Source of the DNA: Octopus vulgaris
Taxonomy: Eukaryota
Direction: 5' to 3'
Assembly: GCA_951406725.2 (NCBI GenBank)
Contig: OX597820.1
Span: 62,744,001-62,808,000, forward strand
DNA: 64,000 nt
Shown here: piece by piece, positions 57,841 to 64,000 of the stretch
Layout: each line of letters opens with the position of its first letter
Numbering within the stretch: position 1 is the first letter of the stretch
The notes under the pieces: generated by a model
Database searches by the model: none
Seen by the model: the letters and a program-made list of their open reading frames with translations, nothing else
What the model was told of the DNA's origin: nothing
Program-made: the position numbers and the translations under genes

Positions 57841-59158
57841 ACACAGTACTTCTAGTCGGCTGAGGCTGACGTGTATTCACTGCTCCGACCTGTCAGCGGC
57901 CGAAGACACAGAAGACACAGAAACACAAATACAACCCAGCAGGACTACTGATAAACAACTGTAAATACTGGAAGATCTAATATTTTCTGTGAGTAATTTG
58001 AATTTCCCTGAAAATAAGTTAAAGTCTTACAAACCTACAGTTTGGGACAAACAAACAAACACCTATCAAAATTTTTAGAAACATAAGTATCTCCATTTTT
58101 TGTGTGAACATTTTGTCGTCACCTCTTCCTTGAGTATCAGAATATGTAAAAATGCCTTTTGTAACAACACAATTAAATGCACGCTAAAATTATGGACGTA
58201 AGCACCTGCTAAACTTTATTTTCTTCTTGACTACCCGAAATATGCAAACATACTTTTTATTGCAATCACAGAAATAAACACGTGGAGAATAATAAGAAAA
58301 AAATAAATAAATAAATAAAAATATATAAAAAAAAACACTCATTATAGTTTCTCTCTGCTGGTACACGACTCTATTCACAAGTACTGTTCATAGTCGGCCC
58401 CTCCTTGATTTTTCTCAAAGTCAAGGTCACTGTTCGCAAGTTCCATCAACAACATAGTAGACATTTGAACTCTCTTTGACCGACCGTTCTTCATCCCACT
58501 TTATGAAAGCAGTAGTTTCTGCTACAGCTACTACTACTACTGCTGCTATCAGAATTTACTGCTGCTACTACTGCTACAATTAGAAACATACAAGTTGACG
58601 ATGACATCGAGATGTTTTTCCCCATGTCTGAATTATACCGGTAGCACCAATGAAAAATCCCTTTCTTTTTCTTTGTTGGGAGAAAAGAGAATTTACAGTA
58701 AAAACAAATCCTAAGCCCTCAGAAATATTTTAAAAAGGAAAAACGTGAGAAAGAAAAAAAAGAAAATTAAATTAAATTAACGATAGACAAAAACATGAGC
58801 CTTCTCGCACATAAACACATTATTCACACATATACAAACATACGCAGACACAAATATTGAAGTACTAAATGGCACGTCAAATGATATTTAACCGTGTGGA
58901 AGATTTTACATGCATATCAATATTCTAAAGTTGGACCTACTATTCCTTATCCTAAAGCTGCTTCAGATAACTAGGAAGGGTTCCTGACTCGTTTCACCGC
59001 CTACTTTCAGTCTTGGATTGTGATTCGATTAAGCCCAAACTCTCTCAGATTCTGTCTGCTGTTGCCTACTCCTACAAGGATTGCAGCTGTTTTTGTTCCT
59101 GCTTTAACTCAGATTTGTTCTAGAGCCCATAGAGGATTGTTTTTGTCAACTATCTATC

Positions 59159-60400
59159 ATGTCAGCTACCTACAGATCAAAACTGGGATCTGCGAGAAGG
59201 GCTCACTCTGCTGATCCTTTTTTGGAGAATTCAGTTGGTGAGGCGATCGGTGATATCAGGCTTTCACATGGGAGCCCTGAAATCAAGACTTCTCATCAGG
59301 ATGATGGTCCTACCAACAGTCATCTCAACGAGCAGTTGCTGTTGCTCAAACACGAGGTCGAGCACCTAAAGTCTGTTGTTGCTCATTTACTGAATAAACA
59401 GTCTCCTATTGACGCAGAGCCACCCTTGATTTCTTCCCTGAAGACGTCCAAACTGAAGGGAACAAAATCGAAGCGGCCAAAGAAGGCGAAGGAACCGGCG
59501 GTCGTTTCCGCACATGATCGTTACTGTGCGGATTCTTCTTCATCTGCCTTTTCGGTCCCGGAGGTTCTCCAACCTAATTTGAGAAGCGTAGACTCAAACC
59601 CACCTGAAGACCGTTGTTCTCCCAAAAAGAAGAAACGTAGTCAAAACTCCAGTGGGGCAGATTTAGCTACGAAACCTGCTCACGATAAAATCTGTTTGGA
59701 TACTCTCTCACTTTTCCTTCCCATTAATGCCATTGCTCAACCAATTATGAATGATTTTGATGTGAGTTCATCTGGGGAGTGGTGCTCCTCCAAACCGAAG
59801 AAGAGGCAGTGAAGTTCCAAACCAGGCGGGAAAGTTATGACCACTAAACCCATTCCGATCGACCCCAAAGGCCGACAAAAGTCTGATGGCTATGAAACCA
59901 CCCTTTCGAAATCATCCAACGAAGAATCGAATGCCGCAGCTCATAGAAGAGAACAGAAAGACAATTTTGCCCACTCAAGATCAGCAATCATTTATGGTAA
60001 AGCTGAATCCACATGTGATACAGGCATAAACCGCCTAAAAGAAGACATAAATTTTGTTTCCGTTTTAGTTGGAGAATTGTTCTCTGTCAACGAAAATGTC
60101 AGTATCCATAAGGTCGCTCGGCTAGGAAGATTCCAAGCGAACTCAACCTCAGACACTAGACCACGGCCAATAAGAGTAATCTTTTCTTCCGATCAGGAGG
60201 CTTCAACCTTTCTGAACAGAGCTCAGATGCATGCCTAAGAGGACCCCAATATGGGTTTTCGCGAGGAATACTCACTGAGAGAGAGAATTCGTTGGAGAAA
60301 CCTAATATCCGAACTGAAGATGAGAAAACAGATGGGAGAGAAGGGTTTACGCATCCAAGATGGACAAATAATCAAGTCCTACCTCTAGTCGCATGCTGTA
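59159..60400 (+). pseudogene. LINE ORF1 (interrupted)
   Basis: Coiled-coil-like LLLLKHEVEHLKSVV; RSAIIYGKAES...KVARLGR...RPRPIRVIF is typical of the CR1/L2-group ORF1 C-terminal domain. Confidence 0.75.
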
Positions 60401-60514
60401 GTGCTGACAGGGAAAGTGAATCGAGGGCGAATCGAAGTAAAGTAGATACCCCCGTCAACGATGCTATCTCTGATACCCCTTATTCTGCTTGTTCCCCAAT
60501 TCCCACAACTCAAA

Positions 60515-63309
60515 CTTCACAGCTCAGCATCGTCTATACCAACTCGTGCTCCTTATTTCCAAAGTTCAGCGAACTTTTTACACTGGCCATGCGTGATTCC
60601 CCTGATGTGATAGCTATCACCGAGACTTGGTTGACTCCAGCAGTAAAGGACTCGAAAATCTACCTACAGGGCTACGCCCTCTTCAGATGTGACAGAGAAA
60701 AAAAGGCGAGGTGGAGGTGTTGCTGTATATATTAAATCTGATCTCAAACCGTCCAGCGGTATTCTACCCACTAAGGCTCAACCTACAACAAAATTCGACG
60801 CCGTCTATTGCAAGCTGAGCCTATCCGGGTTTTGCCTGCTCGTGTTAGCTGTCTACAGGCCGCCTCTTGCCGACCCCCGGGACGATGCTCATTTACTCGA
60901 AGCGATAAGATTCGTTTCAGCTTCTCATGACTGTTTGATATTAGGAGACTTCAACGCTCCCACGATCGATTGGCCCGCATCAATTTGTACATCATCTTCC
61001 CGGTTCGGCCAGGCCCTTCTTGACGTGGTTGAAGATTGTTTTCTATCGCAACATGTTGAATATCCGACAAGGCATCGGTCTGGGCAGCAGCCATCTATGC
61101 TGGATCTGGTATTCTCCTGCTATCCAAGATCAGTGTCAGACGTCTCTGTGTGCGCCCCTCTTGCCAAGAGTGATCATGCGGTCCTGAAGTTCGTCATGCA
61201 CACAACTTTTTCTACGCCCACGACTACTTCGCTGCCACGTAAAGTCTACTCTGCAATTAATCTTGAAATTCTAACCGAGGCTTCCGCGCTTCTGGACCGG
61301 CGATCCCTGATGACGTTTTCCTCAGTTGACGAACTATGGTCGTCCCTCAAAGCATATGTAATCTGCTTGACTGACCAAGCAGTTCCCGTTGGGCTTCCCA
61401 AGAAGAAGAAACACAAGCCCTGGGTGAAGAAGAAGGTTAAACGAGAACTTCGACTCAGAGATATTACTTGGGCTGAATTCAAAAATCTGGATTCGACTGC
61501 AGCTTTTGAGGTGTACAAAACTCAAGGAGACCGAGCCGTGAAAATTGAAAAGGAAGAACGCTTCAGATATGAATACAGAAACGCAGCAAACGCCAGTAGC
61601 AATCCAAAAACCTTCTTTGCCCATGTCCAACGGAATTCCCGCTTGAACAACCAAATTGCAACGTTGGTAGACTCAACAGGCGTATCGATTGAGGACCCTT
61701 ATCAATAGAGTCAATTATTTGCTGAGGCTTTTTGAACTATTTTCAAACAAGATGATGGTCGTGAACCCCCTCCATTTGATAGATCGGTACCTCCAATGCT
61801 TCGATTGGTCATCACGCGGGACGAAGTCGAATGCGTTATTCAAGGCCTCGATGTCAACAAGGGTCACGGCCATGATGGCATACACCAAAGGGTTACCAAA
61901 GCATTGACTCCGGTCATCTGCAAGCCCTTAACACGTCTATTCAATATGTCATTGGCGACGGGTGTTATACCTGCGGACTGGAGAACAGCGATAATCTGCC
62001 CAATTTTCAAGAAAAGGAGCCGCGAAGACCCGCTTAACTACCGACCGGTTTCCCTTACATCAATAATCAGCAAGATGTTCGAAACCATCCTTAAGAAAAG
62101 TATGATGCTCCACCTCCAAAACACAGCCTCTATCTCTGATTCCCAACACGGTTTCGTGCCGAAGAGATCATGCTTGACTAACTTACTGGTAATGGAAGAA
62201 TTGGTGACGCGCATCCTCGATGATAGTGATGCTGTTGACATCGTTTTATTGGACTTTGCCAAAGCTTTTGACTCGGTAAACCACCGCCTATTACTTGTCA
62301 AGCTTCAATCATATAGTTTCCATCCGGATATTGTACGATGGGTTGGTGCCTTCCCCTCAGATCGCTCCTTCCAAGTCCAAGTTAATGGTTCGCGGTCCGA
62401 CGTCTCCAGTGCGAGCAGTGACGTGCCTCAAGGTTCAGTGCTTTGGCCCTTATTGTTCTTAGTCTTCATAAATGACCTGTCCGACGACCTCACACAACAC
62501 ACCCTTCTATTTGCCGACGATGTGAAACTGGTCGCTCCTCGCGGTGATATAGAGGATCTTCGTCGATGCCTCCACCAAATTTGGAGATGGTCTAACGAAT
62601 GGGACCTGTGTCTGAACTTGTTAAAGTGCTATCATCTGCCTGTTGGCTCTCCTCCTGCAACTCAACTTGATTTCGAACCGGGTCGTCTGCTGCTGGAGAG
62701 GACCGATCAGGTAAAGGACCTGGGTATCTTGGTGGATTCCTCCTTTTCGCCTTCGGTGTAGTGCGTCCATGCTGCCAACAAAGCACGCGTAGTTCTGTTC
62801 TTGATTCGACGGTCATTCGGAATGCTCACAGCAGCCATATTCCAACCGCTCTATGTCACGCTGGTGAGACCCATATTGGAGTACTGGATTCAAGCCTCTT
62901 CTCCTTATCTCCTCAACGACATACATCATCTCGAAAGAGTCCAGAAGCTGGCTACCCGCATGGTTCTTGGTCTCAAGAATTTGTCTATGAAGAAAGGCTG
63001 AAGACGCTCGACCTTTATTCTCTAGAAAAACGACGACGCCGTGGTGATCTCATTCTTGCTCACAATATCATAAGCGGAAAGTGTAACCTCTCGAAAGAGC
63101 TGTTCTTCACTCCTGCTCCAGAGAGTCGGGTGCGGGGTCATTCCGAAAAGCTCTATCTGCGACGATTTCATCTCAACCGAAGGAGAGGGGCTTTCTCCGT
63201 CCGGGTTGCGGATCCGTGGAATAAGCTGCCGGACGAGATGGTGAGGATGTCGACGACCGCTTGGTTCAAAGTCTCCCTTGACCACAAGTGGCCTGAACTC
63301 CTTAAATGA
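60515..63309 (+). pseudogene. LINE ORF2 (APE endonuclease plus reverse transcriptase), frameshifted with stops
   Basis: YTNSCSL, AITETWL, RRGGGVAVY, VYRPP, GDFN, SDH; [33 protein letters not shown]. Confidence 0.93.
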
Positions 63310-63393
63310 ACACCACCCTGTACATAACTCCATGTCCCCCTACATGGCCTTGCTTTTTGCTTTTTGAGCCAAAAAATTAACTAACTAACTAAC

Positions 63394-63510
63394 TACGCAA
63401 ATTGTTGGAAAGGATCACAAACGTACAGTTTCGAAAATTACTACAGAGCTTAATGACCACCTTTAGAACAGTTCACCGGGAGCTGCACAAATCGGGATTT
63501 CACTGCCATC
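63394..63510 (+). pseudogene. Tc1-type transposase, continuation after the insertion
   Basis: TQIVGKDHKRTVSKITTELNDHL...TVHRELHKSGF is the second HTH region and continues directly from DRRT at 57840. Confidence 0.75.
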
Positions 63511-64000
63511 AAAAACATTGATGATCTTTAATTTACAGAAAACATTAGGAATTTTGAGGGAAGTCGGTATGTTGACACCATCAAACCTAGTATCTTACTG
63601 GTACTTTCTTTTTTCGAAATAATGAAAGCAGAACATAAAAGCTAATGTTCCTCAAGGTCTTTTTACGATGCTTGTTGTTTGGTTGCTAGCGGCTGCCAGC
63701 TTAAATTTTCTGTTTGAATTGATTTCATATTTAGTGTAATGATACACATTTATAGGCTAATTAATGATGTGAAAGTAATTTTCTCAATAAATCAATAAAT
63801 AAAGAGTTATTAGTAATTAAATTTTGAAAATTTTGGTAATTTTAGCCAATCATAAACCACAGAGACATTCATGTATGTTTCAATAGTAACAAGAATTCTT
63901 TCACCTATTTCCATAGTAACAGTCTTTGAAAAGTCTGCGAGGAAGCACGTGTTGATAGCAGTCAACCGAGGAAGGGTCCTACCTGAACAGTGGGTTTTCA

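Larger units (their letters stand above)
58930..63393 (+). mobile_element. Near-full-length CR1-type LINE, disrupted, with (TAAC)n tail
   Basis: ORF1-like and ORF2 fragments in order, 3' UTR and taactaactaactaac tail. The 5' boundary is estimated from the shift in composition. Confidence 0.9.

Overview
AT-rich, microsatellite-saturated animal DNA ((TA)n, (CA)n, (GATA)n, (TACA)n), intronic or intergenic in character. The SINE families and microsatellite load suggest a coleoid cephalopod, probably Octopus (inference). I cannot support any host protein-coding gene, and nearly all ORFs in the track are microsatellite artefacts. The real coding content is transposon-derived: a 5'-truncated but open CR1-superfamily LINE (33992-36660, minus); a near-full-length, disrupted CR1-type LINE (about 58930-63393, plus) that, with 1.1 kb of unexplained upstream DNA, splits a Tc1 transposase; and mariner, RTE and R4 remnants, a Helitron and many tRNA-derived SINEs. 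The main hidden signal is non-coding. At least six fold-back elements unrelated in sequence (about 1.0-1.8, 16.5-16.8, 20.7-21.7, 40.9-41.5, 50.9-51.2 and 53.7-54.2 kb) carry type I hammerhead-ribozyme motifs reading outward from the inversion, and several more hammerhead motifs stand alone. The clearest case is a 479-bp unit present as slightly more than one circularly permuted copy in each orientation, as expected for a retrozyme or Penelope-like element copied from a circular or multimeric RNA. Coordinates were counted by hand; degenerate element boundaries are approximate.
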